Shown here piece after piece: positions 9,628-20,695 of a stretch of DNA of 64,000 bases (the stretch's first letter is position 1; each line of letters begins with the position of its first letter). The notes under the pieces were generated by a model, which was not told where the DNA came from, ran no database searches, and saw nothing but the letters and a program-made list of their open reading frames with translations. The stretch covers positions 1 to 64,000 of the forward strand of contig AP039695.1 in NCBI GenBank assembly GCA_051599415.1. The letters are read 5' to 3'. Both the position numbers and the translations under genes were made by a program. This DNA comes from Savitreella phatthalungensis. Taxonomy: Eukaryota.

Positions 9628-12315
9628 GCCCCCAAAACCTCATGCCATCAGACTATCGGGGATTGGGACAGATTTGCACAACAGGATATCAAGGTTTCTC
9701 AACCTCATATGTCCACTATCTCAAAAGCTTGATCTCATGCACGTGACGCATAAGGGGCTGTTCGAGAGTGTTTTGTGGAAATCAGTACACATATTGTGTA
9801 GAAATTAATGCAGATAATTCATGGTGTACAGACACACTTAATTAGATACAGGCATTTGGAGATTTCTGAGTGTAGCGCAGATGCAGGCGGTGAACAGTAT
9901 ACAGGACAAAGCATGGCCACCAGCAATGTTCAGCCAAAACCCATCGCTTCCCAGTTTTAGCAAAACACCCAGGACCGCTTATGCATGGAAGCCCAAACCA
10001 ATTTAAAGTAGGTAGAAACACCCGGAACTGGTTAGGGAGAGCCAGAGCTAGTCCGAATCGTTGCACATGGTTCATTTATCTTCGAGGCTGTGATAGGCGG
10101 CTGAATCGATTGGCGTGCGGGTCTCCGCGCGAGACCAGCTAAAACGTGTTCGAGAGGATTGCCGAAAATGGACACAGAAGCGATCGACGCCAGAGACAGG
10201 ACACGCTATCCAAGGAATATGTCGCATAAAACAATGTCATAGCTCTGGCTCGGAATAACACTGGCGATCATCAGAACGCTGAATGATGAAGAATGCCGTT
10301 GTGTGAACCACAGACCGGCCTGTGGCCTTGTTGGTCAACTCGGGAGCATATGCGAATAGATTGGCAAAGTCTTCAAGGGCGGCTCTCTACCCCTCAGCAC
10401 GATTCAAGCCGACCAGATGAGCTATCAAATGCCCCCTCGTTTGTCCCCGCACATCCCTGGACTCTCAAAGTTTCGGATAGCTTTGACGGCACAGATCGAC
10501 TTGGACCCGTGTTCGCGAATCATGAATGTGCAGACTTCAAACTCATGAGCAACAGGCACGCACGGCACTCAAGCGACCGCGGGTTCGATCACGTCTGCCA
10601 TGCGTGATTGTCTGCACACTACTTCGCTGTGCTGATTCTTGTCTAAAAATGCTGACAAAGTTTAGCTTCCGAAGGGTTCAAATTGATGTCCGGCAACTTA
10701 CGGTCCTATTTTCGAGACATAAGGGGCTCTTGTGCGATTTGCAAGTCGAGCTAGCGTACAAACAACCTTCCTCCTAAAATCATTCACGCCTTGAACCGCT
10801 CGAGCGCCATGCAAGAATCACCTTTCTTTGCTTGATGAAGCGGGCATATTCAAGCAAATGGTAGAGACCGATCGCGGGTAGCTACGAGAATGATTGCTCA
10901 AAAGTCAAGCGTCGCCTCATCGTTCGGGTCCCAGCTTAGTCGAGATATACCTTCTCGCATGTCTCATTTCTGACCGGACACTTGCGCTCGCGTCCACACT
11001 CCATGCTTAGCACGAAGTCCATGGGGAGCGCCGTCGAAAACGGTGCTATACCTTCTAGAGAATCACGCAGGGGTATCGACTGTACTTTTGAAGTTTCAAA
11101 CAAGTTTGCCTTTTTCGGAAAGCGTTAGCGCATCAAAGCTCGGGCATGTAAAACTTTCCTGCATTCTGTCCAATCAGTAATGCTGAAACTGGCTCGAGAA
11201 TATACCACAAGAGAACCAAACATCCGCAAAAGTCCAATCGCTCAGCCGTCAGGCTTTAGCCCGTCGGATGTCCGGGTAGCAAGGAATATCGATCGGCTCC
11301 TTCGCCTCAAAACATTGTGCAGATGGGCAGCTCTAAGGAGGGACAAGATGTGACGACGAGAATCTACAGTCGACGGTATCTCTCCGATCCCGAGATCAGC
11401 GCGAGTATTCGTGCTCAGTCACATTTTTCGAACTGCGTGACAGCTAAGATCTACGTTACCTCGATACCGAGATCGCCACAGCGGATTGAAAGTCACGACG
11501 CTGCATTGGACGACATTTTTGACCTGCTTGTCTGACGGTCCAAATTGTGCGCTTCGGCAGAGAACGTCACACTTCGGGTTCTCTGCAACCGAGTGCGGGA
11601 GGACGCCCGCCTTTTTGCTATTCACAGGGGGGGGGTGGACATGCCGACGCATCCTGCATCATGGCCGTGGTCAGCTAGGTGTGGAATAGCGTAGCTGCCG
11701 TGTTTTCGGATCATAGGTCTGAGACAGAGTTCTTCATGTGAGACTTGTTGCTTTGCCGTCTTTCGTTACCAATGAAAAAATTTGATCAATCTGGTTAAGT
11801 GACAGGTCAAGCGCCACAACATATCATCTCGAATTGCAATGGATTTGCCCTCAAGAATTGGCTGTGGTCAGAGGAAGGCCTCCGCAAGCGGGAAACTACC
11901 CTGCTTTTGGTCCGTCTGTTAATCTGGTACTCACCTTCTTGTGATCGAAGCCTGCCAAGGCCGCATGTCCGCTGAGGGCAAGACATCCATGTCCCGCCCG
12001 GAAAAGTGCGCCAGGGTCAATCAACTGAGATTTCAGGCGCTGGCAATCTGCCGGAAGCCGAACCTGTGGCGGCTTCGATCCCGATGCAGCATGAGAGAAC
12101 ATTTCGTGTCTGTTTACGGGAAGGCGTGTGCGCTTCTCGCAAGTTGATGATTCGATATCTCTTCTGTGGCAGTAGAGAGAGACATCGCAAGAAGTCTTCT
12201 TCGTCGTGGAAGCGGCAATGACGCTTCGTTATAAGACTCAAGGGGCATCCCTCTGGGTAAAACAGTACCGACCCGACCGATACCTCAACACTATAGCGCG
12301 ACTGTCACTTCGCAG

Positions 12316-14790
12316 ATGAAGGTCGACCACATAGTCTTGGCTGCTGCCGCTCTAGGCGGCGCTGCCGTCGATGCTGTTGCTCTTCCTGGTCGTGTCTTCC
12401 TGACGGTGCCAGCATTGATCAACCCGCTGACTCAGACACCATCATCATCGCTATCGTCCTTTTCTTCTTCCCGTTCCAGCAGCGCATCTTCAGCTTCAAG
12501 CGCTTCTCCAACCGCATTGGCGAATCCGCTAGTTTTGGGTGGCCGTGTCTTCAAGACGACACCTGTTTCATCGTCCTCGTCCAAGACGACTTCTTCATCT
12601 ACCGCGACAGCTCCGACCACAAAATCATCGTCCATCTCCACGACGAGCACTAGCACAGTCATCGCATCTGCGCCGGCACTAAATCTTCAGCCTAGCTCCG
12701 TCAAGCCGTCGTCGTCGTCATCAAGCTTGCCGTTCTCTGTAAAGCCTTCGTCAGCTTCTCCTTCGCTGACCTCTAGCAAGCCCGTGTCGACCATGGTGTC
12801 GAGCTCGGCAACCTCATCATCGCCGGTCTCGTCGTCGCGCCTTTCCAGCTCCAGCCTCATGTCTTCTACGAAGGTCCTCGTCACAACAACATCTCGGGCA
12901 CCTCCCTCATCATCATCGTCGGCTTCTTGGTCGACGCTAGCGTCGATCAAATCATCCGGTGCTGCATCATCCTCGCGCCCTACCCTTAGCTCCTCCGCTA
13001 GTGCCGCCGCATCGTCGCAGTCGGCCACTGTTTCTTCTACACTGGTCGACATCGGTTGCTGGGCAGACAACACTGGCGTACGAGCGTTCTCGGGTCCGAG
13101 CTACGTTGACACAGTCAACATGACTCGAGAATCCTGCGCAGCCTTCTGCACAAACCAGGGTTTCCCATACAGTGGAACAGAATACGCGCAGGAATGCTAC
13201 TGCTCCGCTACAATGCCGACCACACAGGCCTGGTGGTGCAACATGCCCTGCAAGGGCAACGCGCTCGAAACATGCGGCAGTGGCGGCGCAATGTCCGTGT
13301 TCTATCAAGCGAAAATCACAAATGCCGCTTCGTATGCAACATCAGACATGGGTTGCTACGGTGACGCCAGTGCCGAACGCACATTCACCGGTCCTGCTTA
13401 CGTTTCGACGACCAACATGACAACCGAGAACTGCGCCAACTTCTGTCTCGGACAGGGCTTCCCTTACAGCGGCACCGAGTATGGCCAAGAGTGTTACTGC
13501 TCGGCGACCGCTCCGTGGTCCAATCCAGTCAGCTGCAACATGGGCTGTACCGGCAACAAGCTCGAGAATTGTGGCGACGGCAATGCGCTGCACGTTATCT
13601 TCATGAACAACGGCACGAAGACTGCATCAGCCATCGCTCCGGTGTCTTCCGCCGTTAACAGCACACTGTCGACGCTGAACTCGACTCGAATCCTTCAGGG
13701 TGTATCCTTGCCGCAGACATTCTCGAGCTGGTCAACCTTCAAGGGTATAGGTGTGAATCTCGGAAATTGGCTGATTCTCGAACGTTGGATGGATACCACT
13801 TGGTTTGACAACCAGGCCCCGGGCGCACAGGATGAATGGACTTTCTGCCAACAACTCGGGAAGGTCAACTGCTCTAACGTGTTGCAACAGCATTGGGCAT
13901 CCTGGGTCACGGAATCCGACATCGCAACGATGGCAAGTATTTCAGTCAACACACTTCGCATTCCGATTGGCTTCTGGGCATTCATCGATCCCGACTCGAC
14001 TGAGCCTTATGTCCGCTCGACTCAATTGCAACATGTCTCACGCGTTCTCGGCTATGCAGCAAAATACGGCATGACTGTCATTCTTGATCTGCATGGTCTG
14101 CCTGGCTCACAAAATGGCAAAGATCACTCCGGACACATCGGCGATGTCAATTGGATGACCGACGCCAACCAACAACGTCTGGCACAGACGGTGACCGCTG
14201 CTGCGAAATGGGTTGCGGCCAACGGACAGGGCGTCATCAGCACGATTGAGGTGGCTAACGAGCCTGCTCTTGACGGTTGGGCAGGCTGGCTCGCATACAA
14301 AGACATCGTCGTCGCCGCCAAGCAGATCATCGATGCTAACGCCCCTGGCACGACTACCATGTTCCATGACGGTTTCATGCCTTGGGATGCTTGGAACCAC
14401 TACTTCCCCAAGGGCAGCAATGTCGTCATTGACGCTCACAATTACTGGGCATTTGCGCCGGTGACCACCAGTGACGCCATCTCTCAAGTGTGCGCTATCA
14501 TCGACAAATTCGCAAACTTGAACATGCCCGTCTTTGTCGGCGAGTTCTCCTTATCCGTCATGACCGCGCAAAACACTCCTCAGAGCTGGCTCGCAGCCTT
14601 TTTCGAGTCTCAGATGCAATCTTGGTTGCAGTCTGCCGGCGGTGCTTTCTGGTCGCTGCGCGTCAATAACGCGGACGGCGTATCGCAGAATCCCGCTTGG
14701 TCTGCGCTGGGTGTTGTTCAGGCTGGTCTTCTCAACCAGCCGAACTTCTGGAACTTGACAGAAGGTCTTTGCGGCTCCATGACAGTCTAA
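12316..14790 (+). CDS. Secreted GH5 beta-glucanase with Ser/Thr-rich stalk and two WSC domains
   Basis: Signal peptide, Ser-rich region, two WSC repeats (GCW/GCY..C..FC..YSGTEY.QECYC..C.GN..E.CG), and GH5 motifs GVNLGNWL, LRIPIG, LDLHGLPGSQNG, ANEP (acid/base) and VGEFS (nucleophile). Confidence 0.92.
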   Translation: MKVDHIVLAAAALGGAAVDAVALPGRVFLTVPALINPLTQTPSSSLSSFSSSRSSSASSASSASPTALANPLVLGGRVFKTTPVSSSSSKTTSSSTATAPTTKSSSISTTSTSTVIASAPALNLQPSSVKPSSSSSSLPFSVKPSSASPSLTSSKPVSTMVSSSATSSSPVSSSRLSSSSLMSSTKVLVTTTSRAPPSSSSSASWSTLASIKSSGAASSSRPTLSSSASAAASSQSATVSSTLVDIGCWADNTGVRAFSGPSYVDTVNMTRESCAAFCTNQGFPYSGTEYAQECYCSATMPTTQAWWCNMPCKGNALETCGSGGAMSVFYQAKITNAASYATSDMGCYGDASAERTFTGPAYVSTTNMTTENCANFCLGQGFPYSGTEYGQECYCSATAPWSNPVSCNMGCTGNKLENCGDGNALHVIFMNNGTKTASAIAPVSSAVNSTLSTLNSTRILQGVSLPQTFSSWSTFKGIGVNLGNWLILERWMDTTWFDNQAPGAQDEWTFCQQLGKVNCSNVLQQHWASWVTESDIATMASISVNTLRIPIGFWAFIDPDSTEPYVRSTQLQHVSRVLGYAAKYGMTVILDLHGLPGSQNGKDHSGHIGDVNWMTDANQQRLAQTVTAAAKWVAANGQGVISTIEVANEPALDGWAGWLAYKDIVVAAKQIIDANAPGTTTMFHDGFMPWDAWNHYFPKGSNVVIDAHNYWAFAPVTTSDAISQVCAIIDKFANLNMPVFVGEFSLSVMTAQNTPQSWLAAFFESQMQSWLQSAGGAFWSLRVNNADGVSQNPAWSALGVVQAGLLNQPNFWNLTEGLCGSMTV

Positions 14791-14975
14791 AACAGCGCGC
14801 TGGTGAGACACAGCACAGACTTTCATTTGTACGTAGACCGCACAGGACGCCTCCGTACTGTGAGATGGACACCTCTGCATTTTTCCTTTCACGGCATAGC
14901 GTTCTGCAGTAATAACGATTTCTCATGACCAAAATTCCACAATCCTTGCCCATCACAAGGAATTCGTTCACCTGC

Positions 14976-16127
14976 ATGGGAGACGCCTATCAGGACTTGT
15001 TGAAGCAAGCGCTGACGTCGTACGTGCAAAGTATCAAAGATGAGCGCTCAAAACGGCTAGATTGTGTTGGTAAGCGTCTGCATGAGGTTTACGGCGTGTG
15101 CCTGATAGACTCCGAGCCTCTTGACGATGCTTCCGACCCTCACGACCCATTCGCCGGCTCATTGCCCGGTCACGGCACGGGCGGGACGAGCAAAGTATTC
15201 GACTATAGCGACGCTGATCCAGATCCAGAGTTGCTCGTATCTCTGAAAGACCTAAATCATCCTTGCATCTTTCGTGCCGGTGCAGTAGACTACGGCTGCT
15301 TATCGGACTGGCAATCGATGGCATATCTCAGGGCGCAGATGGGGGACGACGCGCTTGTGACGGCAGCTTTTACACCTGACGGGCGGGCTGACGCAATTTC
15401 CCGCATTGGCAAAGCGTGCCATTTTGTGCTGCCATTCGAGCGCCAAATTTCGTTTCGACAAGTCGTCGACTGGCTTGGGGAGCCCCGGAAGAGCTCGGGA
15501 GTTCTGTATTTACAACTTCAGAATGGCTCGCTTGGGCGAGAGTTTGCAAGTCTTGCTCAGGATGTTGATGCATGCGGACCGCATTGGGCGCGAGCTCTAG
15601 GTCACAGCGAGCACGTTGGTGGAGACGAATCGAGGCCGTTGTGCAATCTCTGGCTAGGCTCCTCGCATTCAGCCACGACGACACACAATGATCCGTTTGA
15701 GAACTTGTTCATGCAAGTGACCGGGCGGAAACGATTTATTTTATGGCCCCCTGAGGATGTGGCATTCATGCGCGAGCGGGAGTACCCCAGCGGTCGATAT
15801 CGGGCCGACATGACTATAGATCGCAGTGAGGTTCCTGTTGCGTGGCCAATGCCTGCATGGCCACCAGACGCCAGGGCATCACCCATGCAGGTCACATTGA
15901 ACGAGGGCGAATTACTTTATCTGCCGGCCATGTGGTGGCATTCTGTGCGACAAGTTGACAGTCGAGGCCGAGACGGTCCCCCAAGGTGTTTATCGGTGAA
16001 CTGGTGGTATGATCTGGACTTTGGCGGTGCTCACTGGGCACAATGGAAGCTGCTCGAGCGTTTGACGATGCTGAGCGCAGCACGTCTGGACGAGTGTCGT
16101 GCCGACCTCATGGACTGTATGGCCTGA
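14976..16127 (+). CDS. JmjC/cupin-8 2-oxoglutarate oxygenase, JMJD7-like
   Basis: TPDGRADA, YLQLQNGSL, NLWLG, HNDPFENL (HxD), LYLPAMWWHSV and SVNWWYD. An alternative start lies at 14925. Confidence 0.88.
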   Translation: MGDAYQDLLKQALTSYVQSIKDERSKRLDCVGKRLHEVYGVCLIDSEPLDDASDPHDPFAGSLPGHGTGGTSKVFDYSDADPDPELLVSLKDLNHPCIFRAGAVDYGCLSDWQSMAYLRAQMGDDALVTAAFTPDGRADAISRIGKACHFVLPFERQISFRQVVDWLGEPRKSSGVLYLQLQNGSLGREFASLAQDVDACGPHWARALGHSEHVGGDESRPLCNLWLGSSHSATTTHNDPFENLFMQVTGRKRFILWPPEDVAFMREREYPSGRYRADMTIDRSEVPVAWPMPAWPPDARASPMQVTLNEGELLYLPAMWWHSVRQVDSRGRDGPPRCLSVNWWYDLDFGGAHWAQWKLLERLTMLSAARLDECRADLMDCMA

Positions 16128-17050
16128 GGTGTACCGAGCGACATGACGCATTCCAGCAGACTCCGGCTCAGTGTTCTTGGCTGCCGTTTTACCATAACCC
16201 TTTTTGCGACTGCTCGGGCTCAGGTAGATGACCATCACGGTGCAAACTGAGGACCTCTTGCGACGCCCTGAAGCACTCCAGTTAGACTCACAGAACGCCA
16301 GTCGCTGGCAATGTCTCCATTGCAGCGTACAGCAGCGCTTAAAAGGTCTTCAGACCGCCCGTACTCGCTCGTGATCTACGTGCAGGCAAGATTGCCACGA
16401 GAAGCAGTCGATACGCAACAACCGGTCAGTTGATAGATGTCGAAGAAATGGAGGCGCATATGTATCAGCTAGACGTCTCAATCACGACAAATGACGCTTT
16501 CACTGCGTCAACTTTATGAGTTATGACAGGTGACACGATTGGTAATGAAACAGAATCGGTATCACATGCTGCAGCGCGCAGCCGGCTCTGATGGTGACGG
16601 AGCAGAATCTTCGAGCTGGCTGAGACCACCATCAGAGCCTAAAAACAAACTCTTGGAGCACTGACCCGTATTCTCAGGCATGTTCAGGCATAAATTCGAC
16701 GATAAGGAAAAGTGTTCAGCGAGCAAAAAGTGATGCGCACAGGCCACGAGGATGAAAGCATAGTCAACACGCATCTAGTACGTCACATGCGTCATTTTGA
16801 GTGAATGTCTCTCATATAGAAGTCCAGGGCAATCGCCGATGCCATAGGTCGAGCTTTGTGCGTGCCGTGTGCCTGATGCACCATCAATATGGGTGAGGCA
16901 CTTCGTCATCGAGAGCTTTTGATGTCACTGACGAATGCCAGGAGAATGAGTACATCTCATGAGGCTGGAAGAGCACTTAACAGCAAGCATATCGCCACTG
17001 CGCAGACTTGCATACTATCCTCGTACTTGTCCCTCAGTAGATCTTCTGCC

Positions 17051-18352
17051 ATGGACAGAGCAGCACAGAAAGCAAATCCCAGCTCTTCTCAAGTACAACA
17101 GCGGTGGCAACAGCAGCGAGTTCAATACCAGCAAGTGCAGGACGAGCAGCCGATGGGGTATCAGACAATTGACAGCAGTCCAGCTTTCAGCCCATTCATC
17201 ACCATGGGGGGCGACCGTACACGATCGACGATGGGTTTCTTGCCACAACAGCAAGATGTGTTTTTGAGACCAGAATCTCAAGCCGGCCACGCTGGAATGC
17301 CACACGGTCGGCAGCTGCGGCGCCACGAAGCCATTCCGACCAGTGCAAATACGACCATCGATCCTGCTCGCTTTGATCTTGACATTAAGCTTGGCGTGGA
17401 AGGCAAGCCGTATTCCTATGCACGTCTCATCACCTACGCGATTGCGCATTCTGAAACAGGCAAGATGAGTCTTTCTGAAATCTATGATTTTTGCCTCGAG
17501 CACTTTCCGTACTTTTCCAAGCAGGCGAGCACGGGCTGGAAGAATTCGGTGCGGCACAACTTGAGCTTGAACAAGCTCTTTGTGAAGATCCCTCGGCCTG
17601 TGCATGAATCGGGTAAAGGTGCTTATTGGGCACTGGATATGGAGATGCTTGCTGCAGCCGGTGGGTCGGCCCCTTCGACGAATAGCTCGCGACAGGGCTC
17701 CGGCCCGGGTCCATTGAGCTCATTGAGCATGATGGCCACGCGCAGTAATAGACATCTTCGAACTAGGTCGCACTCGGCGCTTGAGCCGCTGCAACGCCCT
17801 CACCGAGCAAGTACCGTCCACGACAGGAACGACGATAGGAAAGACTCGCCCATTCTCCCACGTCAGCCCAATCCGCAAATCCGTGCGAGGCCGATGTCTG
17901 ATATTTACGGCTTGCAGGAGAGAGCTCCCGGAGACTGCTTGATTGACATACTTGATGTGATTCCGAAGGAGTTGGCCTTCGGCGAGCTGAGCACGCTGCG
18001 AGCAGAGCAGAACGTCAGTTTCGATTCGGGCTCGAGCGATTCCATAGTCATCTCACCTGCTTTCCAGGACATGCCGTCGGAAGTCGAACTTCTGGATATC
18101 TTGATGGCGAATGGATCCGGAGAGCCATCACGACGAGAGTCCATACCTTTGGTGGCACCCGTGGTGACATCATCAGCTACAATCAGGCTCAGTGGACGCG
18201 AGCAGCGTGACGATCCGTTGCCACGACCCGTGGAATCCATGGGATTCCCACAAGCTGCAATGTTTCAAGATATGCATGCATTCATGCAAGCTGGCGAGCT
18301 TGGCGTAGATCACGAAGGAGCCCAGGGAGGATGGAACAGCACGAGTTCTTAG
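17051..18352 (+). CDS. Forkhead transcription factor
   Basis: KPYSYARLI..LSEIY..FPYF..GWKNSVRHNLSLNKLFVK..GKGAYW. Start uncertain, as the ORF is open from 16889. Confidence 0.9.
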   Translation: MDRAAQKANPSSSQVQQRWQQQRVQYQQVQDEQPMGYQTIDSSPAFSPFITMGGDRTRSTMGFLPQQQDVFLRPESQAGHAGMPHGRQLRRHEAIPTSANTTIDPARFDLDIKLGVEGKPYSYARLITYAIAHSETGKMSLSEIYDFCLEHFPYFSKQASTGWKNSVRHNLSLNKLFVKIPRPVHESGKGAYWALDMEMLAAAGGSAPSTNSSRQGSGPGPLSSLSMMATRSNRHLRTRSHSALEPLQRPHRASTVHDRNDDRKDSPILPRQPNPQIRARPMSDIYGLQERAPGDCLIDILDVIPKELAFGELSTLRAEQNVSFDSGSSDSIVISPAFQDMPSEVELLDILMANGSGEPSRRESIPLVAPVVTSSATIRLSGREQRDDPLPRPVESMGFPQAAMFQDMHAFMQAGELGVDHEGAQGGWNSTSS

Positions 18353-19938
18353 GTTCTGTAGGTGACTTTCTTGAACTTAAATCGTAAGCGAAGAACACCG
18401 TCCTCGAAGCTTGCCATAAACCCGCCTTGGACGCGCGCCGAGTGATCCCAGGGCAGATCAACAACCCTAAAGCAGATATCCGCGTACGCAGATCCTGGCG
18501 GACAGGAGAACCTGAGGATGCAGTAAGGCTGTTCGACCTTATGCGCGTCAGGCGGCACTCGCGGATCGATGGGCGAGGCACTGGGCTTGAAGGATCCTCG
18601 CGCTGATATGTTCGACTGAGGGTGCACGATAAATCGCTGATCAGGAAAAGGCGTGGGCGCAGTTTCCTCGTCCCATTCGTGCAATGCCAAATGACGGTCA
18701 GGCTCGCGAGCACACTCGATGCGCTCTACACGGTATGTAGGAACATCGGATCCTGAAGGAAGTTCTGGGTAGAAGACCGCAAAATCGTAACCGACAACAG
18801 CAGCTGGGGGAATCTCCCCGTTGGCTGTTGAGTAGTGGGATCTGTTATAGCTGTTCCACTCAAACCGCTTAATGCGTTTGTTACAGAACAAAGGTCGCAT
18901 CGAGGCCAATTTCAGATCTGAGTCGATCTTACCAGTGCGATGCTGCTCGAACGCTGATTCAGAGCTCAGAAAATCAGGCAATGGATGGTTGTGTGGTTCC
19001 TCTTGACTCCTGAGATCTCGTCTGCTTACCTGCTCGAATAGATCAAGCGCTCGTGGAGATGAATCATACATAATCTTTGTCGAAGGACTGTGAGAAGCGC
19101 TCAGACTGGTGCGTGCAGGATCTATTTGCGGTATCATAACACCTCCCGACGGGCTGAGAACAGCATTACTGGATTTTTGCGCTTCTAATGCCGGACCTCC
19201 GGATTTTGCTGGATTCTTCTTGTTGCGTTTGGACACTATCCGTAAGACCATGCGGTACATTGAGGCTAGCTCAAGTCTGGATATTCGCATAGCGCAATGG
19301 TCTAACAGCCCTGTTTGCTTGTCGAGCTCCTTGTCAAAATGGCTGAGCTCGGTTGGCATTTGATCTTGGAAGTCCTGAAGCTCTTCCCTGGTTTTGCTGT
19401 TAAGCAAGATCTCGGCTTCCACACCCATCCTTTTGCTCTGTGGGGGAGCTTCGAGGCGATACTGACAGAGAGTCTTCACATGGCGCCAATATAGGTGAGA
19501 TCTCTTGTGGGTCTCGAGCTTGAGAAATAGCTGAAGCATTCCGCTCAACTCTTGTAGGGATGGAGCATCGAGCGCATCGATGTAATTCAGGGGCTGAGTC
19601 ATATGGATATTCGGCTCGGCAAGCAGTTCCATGAGGTCAGACTGCGAGCCCGCAGTCGTCGGCTCTGCAAAGACCAGGTTAGCTACGAGAGGGTCAATTA
19701 CCTTCGGGCGTCCATCCCGAATGCGCAGGAGTGATCTGTGCTTAGCTTGCTTGAGCACGAAAGAATCTTCCTCTGATAGCCACTGGTCCATGCTTACAGC
19801 CTCTTGCTTCGCGGCCTTTCTTGCCCTGGACTTTTCATCAGACCAGGGAACCCTCGTATCACATCGCGCGGTCTGATGAGCGTCGAGCGGACTGCGGAAA
19901 GTCTGTTCTTGGTGCTCATGAGACTTAGAGCGTTTCAT
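18349..19938 (-). CDS. Cactin (spliceosome-associated; S. pombe Cay1-like)
   Basis: Mid-domain W..EEDSFVLKQA..RS.LRIRDGRPK.ID and C-terminal FEWNSYNRSHY..PP..VVGYDF..FYPEL..YADICFRVVD..LRLRFKFKK..YR. Confidence 0.9.
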   Translation of the reverse strand: MKRSKSHEHQEQTFRSPLDAHQTARCDTRVPWSDEKSRARKAAKQEAVSMDQWLSEEDSFVLKQAKHRSLLRIRDGRPKVIDPLVANLVFAEPTTAGSQSDLMELLAEPNIHMTQPLNYIDALDAPSLQELSGMLQLFLKLETHKRSHLYWRHVKTLCQYRLEAPPQSKRMGVEAEILLNSKTREELQDFQDQMPTELSHFDKELDKQTGLLDHCAMRISRLELASMYRMVLRIVSKRNKKNPAKSGGPALEAQKSSNAVLSPSGGVMIPQIDPARTSLSASHSPSTKIMYDSSPRALDLFEQVSRRDLRSQEEPHNHPLPDFLSSESAFEQHRTGKIDSDLKLASMRPLFCNKRIKRFEWNSYNRSHYSTANGEIPPAAVVGYDFAVFYPELPSGSDVPTYRVERIECAREPDRHLALHEWDEETAPTPFPDQRFIVHPQSNISARGSFKPSASPIDPRVPPDAHKVEQPYCILRFSCPPGSAYADICFRVVDLPWDHSARVQGGFMASFEDGVLRLRFKFKKVTYRT

Positions 19939-20133
19939 GCCTAAGATGCGCGTACTGAAGGACTTCCTGACGAGCCATGCGGTGTTCCATAATCATGCGA
20001 TCAATTCTTTTTCCTACGATCGCGACCGTGGAAATCGAAATGGAATGCTGCGTCGTGCTGAACGATCACAATATTCAGACACAGAATCACGACACAAGAT
20101 TACAAGTGCCGCAAGCCGATCCACTGTGTCGCC

Positions 20134-20695
20134 ATGGTAGGTCTTCCCGAGCATTCTCGAGCTAAAGACTGATCAAGCAGCTTCCGCTCTCATTACTCAC
20201 AACGGCTCAGGGCCATCCAATGCTGGTAGAGCTCAAGTCTGGAGAAACGTTCAATGGTCATTTACTGCAGTGCGACAATTACATGAATCTGACATTACGT
20301 GAAGTGATTCAGACCAATCGCGTATGTGTCATAGACTGTCCCGAGTCGTGCTAACAATGCAGGACGGAAACAAGTTCCATCGTTTGGCCGAAGTGTACAT
20401 TCGGGGCAATAACATCAAATATTTGAGGATACCCGACGACGTGGTCGACAAGGTACGGGAACGTGAGCGTTCAGAATACCAGCAGCGCCAGAGAGAGCAA
20501 CGTACTCACGGAGCTGGAGGCACAGGAGCCTCTGGCTCTATGGCATCGAATGTTCGAGATGGACGCGGCCGAGGACGTGGTCGGGATGGTATAGACCACA
20601 TACGCAATCAGAAATCGATCAAGCCCGCTGACCTCATGACAACAGGCAACAGCAGTCGTGGAAATCGTGGACGTGGCGGGCGCGGCGCTTTTTGA
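20134..20695 (+). CDS. LSM4: Sm-like protein Lsm4; exons 20134-20136, 20181-20321, 20363-20695 (possible third intron 20589-20645)
   Basis: Spliced product [52 protein letters not shown] with an RG-rich tail. GT..CTRAY..AG introns at 20137-20180 and 20322-20362. Confidence 0.95.

Noticed and set aside
10030..10037. CCCTAACC on the minus strand as a telomerase RNA template
   Set aside because: An 8-mer is expected by chance in 64 kb, and I could not identify a pseudoknot or other TER element.
16655..16690. Minus-strand CTGAGAATACGG resembling a TPP riboswitch
   Set aside because: The downstream TTGATC..GATAAT..AGCG core is absent and there is no thiamine gene nearby.
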